From Planctomycetota bacterium (GTDB lineage: Bacteria; Planctomycetota; UBA1135), in contig JAPKEZ010000001.1 of the NCBI GenBank assembly GCA_028821845.1, positions 1-47,547 on the forward strand: DNA of 47,547 nt, in the 5' to 3' direction. Positions 10,411-19,318 of this stretch are shown piece after piece. The position numbers and the translations under genes are program-made. Numbering within the stretch: position 1 is the stretch's first letter; each line of letters starts with the position of its first letter. The notes under the pieces were generated by a model. The model worked only from the letters and a program-made list of their open reading frames with translations. It did not search any database and was not told where the DNA came from.

Positions 10411-11859
10411 CTACTTGCCACCAGACAACTGATCAAGGAACTCTACATTATCAGCAGAAGTCTCGATGCGTTGCACTAATAATTCCATGGCTTCAACGGG
10501 GTTCATCTCGTTCAATACCTTGCGCATTAAATAAACTCGTTGCAACTCATCTGAGCTAAACAACAAATCTTCTTTACGCGTGCCTGATGGGTTGATGCCA
10601 ATCGCTGGCCAAACTCGACGCTCAGCTAAAGTGCGATCAAGGACTAATTCCATGTTACCGGTACCCTTAAATTCTTCGAAAATGACTTCATCCATTTTTG
10701 AATTAGTATCAATTAATGCAGTTGCCAAGATAGTTAGTGAACCGCCGTTCTCGATGTTGCGGGCTGCGCCAAAGAACCGTTTCGGCTTCAACAACGCATC
10801 GGACACCAAGCCACCGGTCATTATCTTTGAGTTGGACGTGGCGCAATTATTGTAAGCACGTGCTAGTCGGGTAATCGAATCTAACAACACCACGACATCT
10901 TGTCCTTGTTCGACACGTGCCTTAGCTTGTTCAATAACGCGCTCGGCCACTTGAATATGGCGCTCAGGAGGCTCGTCGAAGGTACTCGCTGCAATCTCGC
11001 GATTTTCACCTATCACCGAACGTTCGAAATCAGTCACTTCTTCAGGGCGTTCGTCAACCAGCAAAATCATCAGGTGACATTCGGGGTAGTTGGTGCAAAT
11101 AGCATTGGCAATCAGTTGCAGCAATACTGTTTTGCCAGTGCGCGGCGGCGCCACAATCAAACCACGCTGACCTTTTCCAACCGGCGATACCAAGTCAATA
11201 ATGCGCGTTTCTGTGACATCTTTGTCAGTCTCAAGGCGCAAACGATCTTCAGGATAAAGTGGGGTGCAGTCGTGAAACGGAACATTTGAAAACTGCTTTT
11301 CAGGATCGTCACCAAACACCGCTAGTACTTCGTGCAGCACCAACATATCCTCTTTACCTTCTTCTTCTGGCAAGGGCATCAACACGCCCGAAACAATTTG
11401 CCCTGCTTGCAAGTGATGCTTTTCAATTAAGCATTTGTGCAGCAATGCATCGGTGTCGAAGTTAGGCGTATAGTCGTTCTCGTTGTGGCGCAAAAAGCCA
11501 TGACCTTCAGCGGTGACTTCAAGCGCACCCTCAGTGAAGAACACTTGCCCTTCATTAAATTGCGCGCGAATCAAACGGCGCAACAATTCTCCTCGCTGTA
11601 GTCCAAGCGCATCTTCAACGCCAGCCTTGTCTGCCAAGTCTTGCAAGTCAGGCAAATCTAATTTAATGAAGGTAGATAAGTGAAATTCGGCTTTCTCGCG
11701 TTTTGTCGCAAACGAGGTCACTTCTTTTTGCACCCACTCGTTTTCAGGAGCAGGCGGCAGTTGAGTTGCCACAAAAGATTGGTTATTCGGGCGTTGCTGA
11801 GTAGCTCGGCGACGGCGCCGACGACGTGGTTTACGTCTGCGTTGATTGGATGCGGCCAT
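10411..11859 (-). CDS. rho: transcription termination factor Rho with a basic N-terminal extension
   Basis: Walker [13 protein letters not shown], Walker B LLVDE, Q/R-loop regions, and C-terminal ...ERRVWPAI... There is an extra ~60-aa N-terminus starting [22 protein letters not shown]. Confidence 0.95.
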   Translation of the reverse strand: MAASNQRRRKPRRRRRRRATQQRPNNQSFVATQLPPAPENEWVQKEVTSFATKREKAEFHLSTFIKLDLPDLQDLADKAGVEDALGLQRGELLRRLIRAQFNEGQVFFTEGALEVTAEGHGFLRHNENDYTPNFDTDALLHKCLIEKHHLQAGQIVSGVLMPLPEEEGKEDMLVLHEVLAVFGDDPEKQFSNVPFHDCTPLYPEDRLRLETDKDVTETRIIDLVSPVGKGQRGLIVAPPRTGKTVLLQLIANAICTNYPECHLMILLVDERPEEVTDFERSVIGENREIAASTFDEPPERHIQVAERVIEQAKARVEQGQDVVVLLDSITRLARAYNNCATSNSKIMTGGLVSDALLKPKRFFGAARNIENGGSLTILATALIDTNSKMDEVIFEEFKGTGNMELVLDRTLAERRVWPAIGINPSGTRKEDLLFSSDELQRVYLMRKVLNEMNPVEAMELLVQRIETSADNVEFLDQLSGGK

Positions 11860-11874
11860 GTGTTGGTGCGGTTT

Positions 11875-12567
11875 TTAGTTTTCTGGCCAGCGCGAAGATA
11901 AAGTGCGCGGCGTCAGGTTCTTAAGGCGCGGAACTAAAAGTTCTACTTGATCACGAAGCGCGCTTAAGGATGAGTCGTTACATAGAATAGCATCTGCCAA
12001 CGACTTCTTGGACGCAATTGGCATCTGCATTTTTTCTCGTGCTTGCCAATGGCCGATATCCCAGGAGTGGCGTTCGCAAGCACGCGCTGAGCGTTGTTCC
12101 TCAGGAGTGTCGACAAAAATAACGAAATCGCACAATTTGTCGAGGCCCCCTTCGTGGAGCAGCGGGATATCGAGGACGAGTGCTAAATTTTGCTGCTGTT
12201 CCGTTAAAAACTTTATTTCTGCGAAAATAATTTCCCGGACTTTCGGGTGAAGGATTTCCTCGAGCAGCAAGCGACTACCCTCGTCTCGGAATACCACGGA
12301 ACCGAGCTTGTTGCGGTTTAGAGTGCCCATTTCATCGCAGACTCCTTCTCCTAGTGCAGATATTATCTCATTTACAACACTTTCGCGTTGTAATAATTCA
12401 GAGACGATATCATCTGCGTTGATGTGCTGGGCGTTAAGGGCAATGCAAATCTCGCGGGCGGCGGTCGATTTACCGGAACCGATGCCGCCAGAAACGCCGA
12501 TGCTGACGAAATTAGGGCGTTGGGGTGGTGTAGTCATAAATGCTTCCCTTATAGTGCCTTGACCCAT
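11875..12567 (-). CDS. coaE: dephospho-CoA kinase
   Basis: P-loop GVSGGIGSGKST and typical CoaE length. An alternative ATG 10 codons downstream (12537, MTTPPQ...) is possible. Confidence 0.85.
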   Translation of the reverse strand: MGQGTIREAFMTTPPQRPNFVSIGVSGGIGSGKSTAAREICIALNAQHINADDIVSELLQRESVVNEIISALGEGVCDEMGTLNRNKLGSVVFRDEGSRLLLEEILHPKVREIIFAEIKFLTEQQQNLALVLDIPLLHEGGLDKLCDFVIFVDTPEEQRSARACERHSWDIGHWQAREKMQMPIASKKSLADAILCNDSSLSALRDQVELLVPRLKNLTPRTLSSRWPEN

Positions 12568-12634
12568 CTTAGGCGCAAGCGTAAATTCTATGCAATCCTT
12601 TCCGGGGTTACTACTCTAAAAGCACAATAGCTAA

Positions 12635-13855
12635 ATGTACCAATCAAATCGAGGCGCTGCTCAAGTCAGCTTAATGTGGATAATCGCTTTTGCGGTTATC
12701 ATGTTCCTGTCATTAGGTTTTGGATTTGTCCAAAACGACCAACTTACTTTAATGACCCAAAGGGTCGAGACTTCTGATGCTGTTGCAACAGACCTTAAAG
12801 CTCAACTTGCCGAGTTACGCCTTACGCGTGCCGCCGATTACCAGCATTTAGGTTTTGGTGACACCGAAGGGAAAAACGTCTCTGTTGAAGCTATCGATCG
12901 TCAAGTAGCTGAATACGTTGTACGTTTTGGCTTAGATGAGACCAATGTCACTAAAATAGAACACGTTGCTGCACCAGTAATTGCTAAATACGAAAGTGAG
13001 GTTTCTACTAACGAGTCAAAGCAAGTAGAAATCGATGGCTTGCGTAACTCAATCCGCGAAAAAGACGCTGCTGCCAAAACTGTGCAGCGCGAGCGTGACA
13101 TGACTATCAATAACCTACGCACTGAAAAAGAAGACATGCGTAACTCGAAAGATAATCAAATCAGCGACCTCGAACGCCAACGCGATGGTTTGCGCGATCA
13201 AATGCGCGACCTTCAAGGTGAAATCACCGACTTGCGCGACCTTAACGATCAGCAAGCTCGTGACTCACGCAAATCTCTTGCGCACCTAACTCAACGCAAC
13301 GATATTTTGTCTGGCCGCTTGAATATAGTCGAGCGTCGCGCAGATGCTAACGATGGTTCAGTTCTTGCTGTTGGCCCAGAAAATGTATGGATTGACCTTG
13401 GTCACAACCAACGCCTTGCAGCTGGAATGGAATTCGAAGTACGTAACGCCAATACCAACCGCGTTAAAGGTCGCGTCCGCGTTGTTGCAGTTGAGGCTAA
13501 GAAGTCACGCGCAACAATCCTTACAACAGCCGACAAGTACGACCCAATTCGTGCTAACGATGTCTTGGTTAATGCAGTCTTCGACCCAAGCCGCAAGCTG
13601 ATTGTTTCATTGCTGGGCGCTGGTTTTGGCCTTTACAACAAAAACGATATGCGCTCAAAGCTTGAAGCAATTGGCATCGAGGTTCGCGAGGGCGTTAGTG
13701 TTGAAACCGATTTCTTGCTTCTAGGGACAGCATTCTTTGATGAAGATACTGGAGAAGTAATGCCATGGGGCACCTACACTTCCCACAAGGCAGCGAAATC
13801 AATGTCTGTTGAGATTGTCCCACAACGTGATTGGGGCCAGTGGTTAGGTCTGTAA
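12635..13855 (+). CDS. membrane-anchored coiled-coil protein with small C-terminal globular domains; function unknown
   Basis: One N-terminal TM helix (VSLMWIIAFAVIMFLSLGFGFV). A ~200-aa charged heptad-like region follows (EKDAAAKTVQRERDM...RDLQGEITDLRDL). Then comes a beta-rich segment and a BRCT-like tail (LIVSLLGAG...VSVETDFLLLG). Confidence 0.75.
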   Translation: MYQSNRGAAQVSLMWIIAFAVIMFLSLGFGFVQNDQLTLMTQRVETSDAVATDLKAQLAELRLTRAADYQHLGFGDTEGKNVSVEAIDRQVAEYVVRFGLDETNVTKIEHVAAPVIAKYESEVSTNESKQVEIDGLRNSIREKDAAAKTVQRERDMTINNLRTEKEDMRNSKDNQISDLERQRDGLRDQMRDLQGEITDLRDLNDQQARDSRKSLAHLTQRNDILSGRLNIVERRADANDGSVLAVGPENVWIDLGHNQRLAAGMEFEVRNANTNRVKGRVRVVAVEAKKSRATILTTADKYDPIRANDVLVNAVFDPSRKLIVSLLGAGFGLYNKNDMRSKLEAIGIEVREGVSVETDFLLLGTAFFDEDTGEVMPWGTYTSHKAAKSMSVEIVPQRDWGQWLGL

Positions 13856-13872
13856 TCTAGACCGAACATTAG

Positions 13873-13906
13873 GGCTGTCGATTTCCAATCGACAGCCTTT
13901 TTTTTT
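13873..13906 (+). terminator. rho-independent terminator
   Basis: GGCTGTCGAT-ttcca-ATCGACAGCC followed by a 9-T run, 17 nt after the stop codon. Confidence 0.85.
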
Positions 13907-13927
13907 CTGAACACATACTTTTGTCGA

Positions 13928-14698
13928 ATGTCTGAATTAAATACCGAGCATAAAATGTCCCTTGGCGGACATCTAGACGAGTTGCGTAAGCGACTCGGCT
14001 ATAGCTTGGTATTACTGTTTGTGCTGTTCATCGTCTTCTGGGCTGGCCTCGGCGATCAACTAAAAGAGTTGTTCATGGCGCCGCACCTATCTGCTGTTGA
14101 GGCGCTCAAGCATCATGACCCACCGGTTGATGTCGAGGCAAAGTTGACCCTGCTTTCGCCGCTAGAAGATGTGTTTTACACTTTGAAGGTATGTTTCTTA
14201 TCTTCAATGTTGGTCTCCCTGCCATTCTTACTGTTTCAGTTGTGGCGATTTATCTCGAGTGGCTTGTACAAGAATGAGAAGATTGCTGTATTCAAGTACG
14301 TGCCGTTTTCGCTTTGCTTCTCAGTAGCCGGAATGGCCTTCGGATACATTTTCATTATCCCTACCATCCTCGAATTCTTATACGCGATGCCAAACCCAGA
14401 TTTGGTAATTCCGTCGTATCGTCTCGAGTCTTATTTTTCACTGTTCATGCTGTTCACCATTGCTTTGTCGTTGATATTTCAACTACCAGTATTGATGTTA
14501 GGGCTAGGGGCCACAGGTTTGGTGACGGCAGAGTTTTTCGCTAAGTACCGTCGACACTTTATCCTTGGCGCCTTTGTGCTTGCCGCGATGTTTACTCCGC
14601 CTGAGCCAGTAAGCCAACTAATGATGGCGATGCCGACAATCCTTTTATTCGAAGTAGGACTATTGTTGATGCGCTTTCAGAAAAAGAAAAATGATTGA
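13928..14698 (+). CDS. tatC: twin-arginine translocase subunit TatC
   Basis: N-terminal HLDELRKRL motif, six predicted TM segments, ~255 aa. Confidence 0.9.
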   Translation: MSELNTEHKMSLGGHLDELRKRLGYSLVLLFVLFIVFWAGLGDQLKELFMAPHLSAVEALKHHDPPVDVEAKLTLLSPLEDVFYTLKVCFLSSMLVSLPFLLFQLWRFISSGLYKNEKIAVFKYVPFSLCFSVAGMAFGYIFIIPTILEFLYAMPNPDLVIPSYRLESYFSLFMLFTIALSLIFQLPVLMLGLGATGLVTAEFFAKYRRHFILGAFVLAAMFTPPEPVSQLMMAMPTILLFEVGLLLMRFQKKKND

Positions 14699-15863
14699 TG
14701 CCCCACGAGTCTGCGTGCTATCAATTGGTGACGAAATATTAAATGGTCGCATCATCGATACTAATGCTGCATTCCTCAGTGCCGAGCTGCTGAAACTATC
14801 AATGCCCGTCAGCCATCAGCGCTGCACTTCTGATTCACCACAGCAACTTACGGCGCAGCTCATGCAACTCGCCACTCAATTCGATTTGATAATTTCAAGC
14901 GGGGGGCTAGGTCCCACTGCTGACGACCGTGTCTACGGCGAGGTTGAAGCTCTGCAACTAGAGATTACTTCCATTGAGAACCCAGCCGGAAGTGCCGACG
15001 GTATTATGGTGCAATTCTCTAGCGGCTGCCATTATCTGGCGCTGCCTGGGCCACCTATTGAGTGTCAGCAAACATTCATGCAAGGTGTAGTACCACTAAT
15101 CAGCGACATGTTCAGCGATCTCCCACAGATGGCTTATCACACCATGCATTTCATTGGCGCCAAAGAAGCCAATCTTGAAAACGCCATCAGCGAGTTGTTT
15201 GATGCCAATACTAACCCTCAGCTCGGAATCACCGCTAGCGAGCAAGGCGTGACCATTTCATTGTTGGCCCGCCCCGATACCGAGAATCCCGCTGACCACT
15301 ATTTGCAACACTGCCGCGACATCATCGCTGACAAACTAGGGCAATGGCTTTGGGGGGAGGGCGACGTAAGTTTGGCTGCTAGTGTTGTTGAGTTGGCTAT
15401 AGAAAACAATATCACTTTGGCCTGTGCCGAGTCATGCACCGGCGGTCAAGTAGCATCGGCTATAGTTGATATTCCTGGCGCGTCAGCGGTGCTGAACTGT
15501 TCTTGGGTTACATATTCAAACGATGCTAAACAGCGCCAATTGGGCGTTGCTGATGCGCTGCTGCAACAACACGGCGCGGTCTCAGAAGAGGTGGCGAAAG
15601 CGATGGCCATCGGCGCATTACAAAAATCTCAGGCTGATTACGCAGTCGCAATTACTGGCATCGCAGGACCATCCGGAGGCAGCGTCGATAAGCCAGTTGG
15701 CACAGTGTGTTTTGCGATTGCCGGAGCAGATGGCGTCCATAGTGTGACTCGTCAACAATACACTTTAGGTGGACGGTTGCGCATTCAGCGTCAGTCAGTT
15801 CGCGATGCATTGCATTTGTTTTTCTTGGCAATGAATGGGCGCTTGGTGTTGCGCGATAGATAG
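14691..15863 (+). CDS. cinA: CinA-family protein (MoCF-like domain + nicotinamide-nucleotide amidase PncC domain)
   Basis: N-terminal VLSIGDEILNGRIIDTNAAFLS and C-terminal CAESCTGG ... GIAGPSGG motifs. Overlaps tatC by 8 nt (ATGATTGA). Confidence 0.88.
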   Translation: MIDAPRVCVLSIGDEILNGRIIDTNAAFLSAELLKLSMPVSHQRCTSDSPQQLTAQLMQLATQFDLIISSGGLGPTADDRVYGEVEALQLEITSIENPAGSADGIMVQFSSGCHYLALPGPPIECQQTFMQGVVPLISDMFSDLPQMAYHTMHFIGAKEANLENAISELFDANTNPQLGITASEQGVTISLLARPDTENPADHYLQHCRDIIADKLGQWLWGEGDVSLAASVVELAIENNITLACAESCTGGQVASAIVDIPGASAVLNCSWVTYSNDAKQRQLGVADALLQQHGAVSEEVAKAMAIGALQKSQADYAVAITGIAGPSGGSVDKPVGTVCFAIAGADGVHSVTRQQYTLGGRLRIQRQSVRDALHLFFLAMNGRLVLRDR

Positions 15864-15877
15864 ATTATCGCTATAAT
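15849..15877 (+). promoter_or_regulatory. putative sigma70-type promoter for tRNA-Gln
   Basis: TTGCGC (-35), 17-nt spacer, and a perfect TATAAT (15872-15877) 10 nt upstream of the mature tRNA 5' end. Confidence 0.5.
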
Positions 15878-15887
15878 TTCCGCTTCT

Positions 15888-15962
15888 AACCTGGTGGTGT
15901 AATCGGTAACACATCTGTTTTTGGTACAGACATTCAAGGTTCAAGTCCTTGCCGGGTTGCCA
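15888..15962 (+). tRNA. tRNA-Gln (anticodon UUG)
   Basis: Cloverleaf folded by hand. Acceptor AACCTGG/CCGGGTT, D-arm GTGT/ACAC, anticodon stem TCTGT/ACAGA with loop TT-TTG-GT, T-arm CAAGG-TTCAAGT-CCTTG, encoded CCA. Confidence 0.9.
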
Positions 15963-15966
15963 AATC

Positions 15967-15999
15967 ACTGCTGAAAGCTTCGTGCTCTCAGCAGTTTTT
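15967..15999 (+). terminator. rho-independent terminator after tRNA-Gln
   Basis: ACTGCTGA(a)AGC-ttcgt-GCT(c)TCAGCAGT followed by TTTTT. It lies between the tRNA and the convergent lectin gene. Confidence 0.75.
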
Positions 16000-16016
16000 C
16001 TTATTTATGGCTACGA

Positions 16017-17252
16017 TTAATTAATCGGTATGGCGATTGGGTTCGATATGGTCACGTCACCGTCGGGCTCAAAGACTACTACCTGAGAATATAGCGTTCT
16101 TCCTCCGAGGCTTCCCGGAATGTAGGTGCTTATACTATGGCTACCGTCGCTGTCTTGGAATATCGGCGAGATAATATCTAGGTCGACTTCTAGCACAAGA
16201 CCGAATGGTGTATTAGATGGTCCTGGACCGTTAATCGATACCACGTAGGCGAGCCTAGAACCTGCCGGGAAGCTGGCGGTGTCGAAAGTGGCAAGTTGTC
16301 CGGCCACCATTGGAGTGATTTGTAAACTTGGTTCTGAAATTTCTACAATGCCATGGCCCATTACAGTGCCGGTGGTGTCATTCCATTTACCAGTAGTAGT
16401 CATTTGGACATAGTCTTCGTTACCAGCGTTATTAGGTTCGCCGGTATTCCAGTTTTCGTAATTAGTTACTTCGCCGTTCGACCATACAAAGTTGCCTTCG
16501 CTTTGCACATCGTTATAGCCTAACCAGAAATCGTTTGAGACGCCAGAGACGCTGCTGAACTGAGTGCGGATCCAATCGTTTTCCGACAAGTCAGTAATCG
16601 AAACAAGATGGCCTCCCATATCTTGGGCCACTGCCTCTGCTGCTGCCAAATCAGATGCGCCAAGTAGGGCGTAGGGATGGCCATTATTGGGATTCGTTGC
16701 TGTCGACAGTGTTGGCACGGGAGTGTCGTCAACAATAAAGTAGTCAACCCACCACTCGTGAGCATATGTGCCGTAGTAATGCATGCTAATGTTCACGGTC
16801 GCGCTTCCAATGAAAGCATTCAGCCCTAGATTAGGGGCATAAGGAGTATTATCGACAGTGGTGGTATCAGTCCATATAACTGTCCAGCTTACTCCGCCGT
16901 CAGTTGTCACCTCAATCGTACTAACGCCGTCACCAAATGCATTAGGGTGGTTTGCCATGTATGAAGAAAAGTAGGTCTCTCCAGCAAAATGCAAATAGGC
17001 GACAGTTGCGGTCGATAAATCTATGACAGGGCTAATTAAATAGGAGTCGCAAGTAATGCCACCGGCTTCATCTTCGTGCCATGCCCGTGTGCCTGCTGCT
17101 TGATGCCATCCCATCGTGCCAGAAGATAGAGTATTCGACCATCCTGCTGGCGGTACGCCATTGGTGAAATCTTCGGATAGATATGTTGTTTGCGCTAACA
17201 ACGTAGACGTCATTAGGCAAGAGAGTGTGGCAAGAGCGCGGAAGGAAAGCAT
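16017..17252 (-). CDS. secreted protein with a C-type lectin-like domain (EPN/WND motifs), an N-terminal jelly-roll-like domain and a C-terminal Ig-like domain
   Basis: Signal peptide MLSFRALATLSCLMTSTLLA/QT. CTLD signature GGHLVSI..ENDW...FWLGYND...EGNFVWSNG...NWNTGEPNN...EDYVQM...GKWNDT (about 16338-16685; EPN at 16431-16439). Confidence 0.8.
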   Translation of the reverse strand: MLSFRALATLSCLMTSTLLAQTTYLSEDFTNGVPPAGWSNTLSSGTMGWHQAAGTRAWHEDEAGGITCDSYLISPVIDLSTATVAYLHFAGETYFSSYMANHPNAFGDGVSTIEVTTDGGVSWTVIWTDTTTVDNTPYAPNLGLNAFIGSATVNISMHYYGTYAHEWWVDYFIVDDTPVPTLSTATNPNNGHPYALLGASDLAAAEAVAQDMGGHLVSITDLSENDWIRTQFSSVSGVSNDFWLGYNDVQSEGNFVWSNGEVTNYENWNTGEPNNAGNEDYVQMTTTGKWNDTTGTVMGHGIVEISEPSLQITPMVAGQLATFDTASFPAGSRLAYVVSINGPGPSNTPFGLVLEVDLDIISPIFQDSDGSHSISTYIPGSLGGRTLYSQVVVFEPDGDVTISNPIAIPIN

Positions 17253-17287
17253 TTTAAGAATGAGCTACCCTAAATGTTACCTTCTAT

Positions 17288-17791
17288 TTAAACACGCCAC
17301 TTGCAAAATTTGAAAGAAATATTGCCTTCTGTGAGGGTATCTTGCCCTGAAACTAGCTTAAATCGCGAATAATCGGGGAAGAATACATCGCAGCCTGCTT
17401 TTGCATCGACGTGGGTAATGAATAAATCTCCACAATCTGGGTGTTTCAGTGCCTCGGTGTATATTTGCCCGCCCCCAATGACGTAAATAGGAGCCGCGTC
17501 TGCCGCCACCAAATCAAGCGCCGCTTGTAAAGAGTGAGCGACCTCGGCGCCAGCATAATCTAAGTCGGTTTGGCGACTAATGACAACGTTTCGTCGCTGC
17601 GGTAATGGACGAAACTTTTTCGGGATTGAATCGTAAGTTTTGCGTCCCATGATCACCGTAGGCGGTAAACCGTCGGTCTGCTTAGTTAGCTGCGCAAAAT
17701 ATTTAAGGTCGGCAGGCAAGCGCCATGGCAAATCGCCATTTTTGCCAATGCCATTTTCGTTATCGACAGCAACTACGATTGCAAAACTCAT
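17288..17791 (-). CDS. folA: dihydrofolate reductase
   Basis: [36 protein letters not shown] and VIGGGQIY motifs. Overlaps the thyA stop by 4 nt (ATGA). Confidence 0.93.
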   Translation of the reverse strand: MSFAIVVAVDNENGIGKNGDLPWRLPADLKYFAQLTKQTDGLPPTVIMGRKTYDSIPKKFRPLPQRRNVVISRQTDLDYAGAEVAHSLQAALDLVAADAAPIYVIGGGQIYTEALKHPDCGDLFITHVDAKAGCDVFFPDYSRFKLVSGQDTLTEGNISFKFCKWRV

Positions 17792-18567
17792 ACCGCGACT
17801 TCGAATTTAATGAAGGGGTGGTGAGTGTAGTTATGCAACTCGATATCTTCGTAGCAGATGTCATCGATGTCTTTGTCGGCTATAGTTACTTGCGGCAAAT
17901 CGAAGGTGTCACGCGTTAGTTGTTGTTGCACGCCATCGAGGTGGTTTAGGTAAAGATGAGCATCGCCGATGGTATGAGTGAAGATTCCGGGCTCGAGGTT
18001 AGCTGAGCGCGCCATCATCATCATTAGTAAAGCATAACTTGCGATGTTGTAAGGCACACCAAGTGCAACATCAGCAGAGCGCTGGTAAAGCTGGCAATCG
18101 AGGCGCCCATTCACCACGTAAAACTGAAAGAGTAAATGGCACGGCGGCAATTTCATGTCGGGTATGTCACCGACGTTCCAGGCATTGACGATGATGCGTC
18201 GCGAGTTAGGATTGTTCTTAATCTCGTTCATTGCATTACGGATTTGGTCTATGCCAAGTCCGCCCCAGTTACGCCATTGGTGACCATAAATGGGACCAAG
18301 GTCGCCGTTGTCGTCTGCCCAGGCATCCCAGATTGGAGTGTGCTGAGTTAGCTCGTCGTTGATGTTGGTAGAGCCTTTCAAGAACCACAACAGCTCGCGC
18401 ACGATGCCACTGAATAATACCTTTTTGGTCGTGAGCAGCGGGAAGCCTTCGCGCAAATCATATTTAGTTTGCGTGCCAAAAATGGAACGCGTGCCAACCC
18501 CGGTGCGATCTTGTCGATCTTCACCATTTTCGAGGATGTCTTTTACCAAGTCAATATATGCTTGCAT
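17788..18567 (-). CDS. thyA: thymidylate synthase (ThyA type)
   Basis: DRTGVGT, LPPCH (active-site Cys), [22 protein letters not shown] and GDAHLY motifs. Confidence 0.96.
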   Translation of the reverse strand: MQAYIDLVKDILENGEDRQDRTGVGTRSIFGTQTKYDLREGFPLLTTKKVLFSGIVRELLWFLKGSTNINDELTQHTPIWDAWADDNGDLGPIYGHQWRNWGGLGIDQIRNAMNEIKNNPNSRRIIVNAWNVGDIPDMKLPPCHLLFQFYVVNGRLDCQLYQRSADVALGVPYNIASYALLMMMMARSANLEPGIFTHTIGDAHLYLNHLDGVQQQLTRDTFDLPQVTIADKDIDDICYEDIELHNYTHHPFIKFEVAV

Positions 18568-18595
18568 AACTAAATTCTACCAATGCGCAGGGTGA

Positions 18596-19318
18596 TTATC
18601 TCTTGTGTAAGAACTCTTCTGTAGCGTATTTTTCGGTGGCAATGCTGTTGCCCAAGCTAATCTCATCAGGCGTCCATTCACCGGCGGTGAAATCAATGCC
18701 GAGAGCTGCCGCAAGCGCGCCGGCGCAAGCACTAATGTTCGGCTCAAAGCCTAGCGCAGCAATTTCTGGAGTTTCGCTTGGTACCTCCAACACCAAAGAA
18801 CCATGAAATAAAATCCAGTTGTTCTTGCGTCGTGCGGCGCTGCCTAATAGCTTTTTACCATCCAAGCAAATGTCTAAGGACGACGAGTCTTCAAAGCACC
18901 ATGCACTGCCAGCGACGTCAGATTGCAGAGCCGATTGCTGGCGAATAAATACATTTTTCTCGGACTGCGAACTCAACTCTCTAGCAAAAGCCTGGTGGAT
19001 GGCTTGCATCGCCGCAGCAGGACCGCCGGCGAGGGCTCCAACTTCAGGAGCGCATAACGAATAAGTTAATTCATGCTCATGCAAAATAGCTTTACCGCCC
19101 GTCGATCGGCGGACGACATCGCATCCACGTTGGTTGGCTGCGGCTATGTCTATGTCAGCAGCATCTTGAAAATAACCTAATGACAAAGTGGGCTTTTGCC
19201 ACCGATAAAAACGCAGCGTCGGCACGCTTTGCAGCTCGAGCAAAGCTTCGTCGCGACCCATGTTGACGGCACCAGTAATGGCACCGTCAACAATTAAGCG
19301 ACCTTGGGGTTTAGTCAT
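18596..19318 (-). CDS. lipoate-protein ligase / octanoyltransferase family protein (LplA/LipM-like catalytic domain)
   Basis: RRSTGGKAILHEHELTYS and GKKLLGSAARRKNNWILFHGSLVL (catalytic Lys region). The ATG abuts the gcvPB stop, an appropriate position for lipoylating GcvH. Confidence 0.75.
   Translation of the reverse strand: MTKPQGRLIVDGAITGAVNMGRDEALLELQSVPTLRFYRWQKPTLSLGYFQDAADIDIAAANQRGCDVVRRSTGGKAILHEHELTYSLCAPEVGALAGGPAAAMQAIHQAFARELSSQSEKNVFIRQQSALQSDVAGSAWCFEDSSSLDICLDGKKLLGSAARRKNNWILFHGSLVLEVPSETPEIAALGFEPNISACAGALAAALGIDFTAGEWTPDEISLGNSIATEKYATEEFLHKR

Noticed and set aside
15888-17287. tRNA-Gln followed by a lectin-domain gene, considered as a possible tRNA-targeted genomic island
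   Set aside because: There is no integrase, no recognisable direct repeat of the tRNA 3' end, and only one gene before core thyA/folA. A terminator cleanly separates the tRNA from the lectin gene. An island call is not supported.
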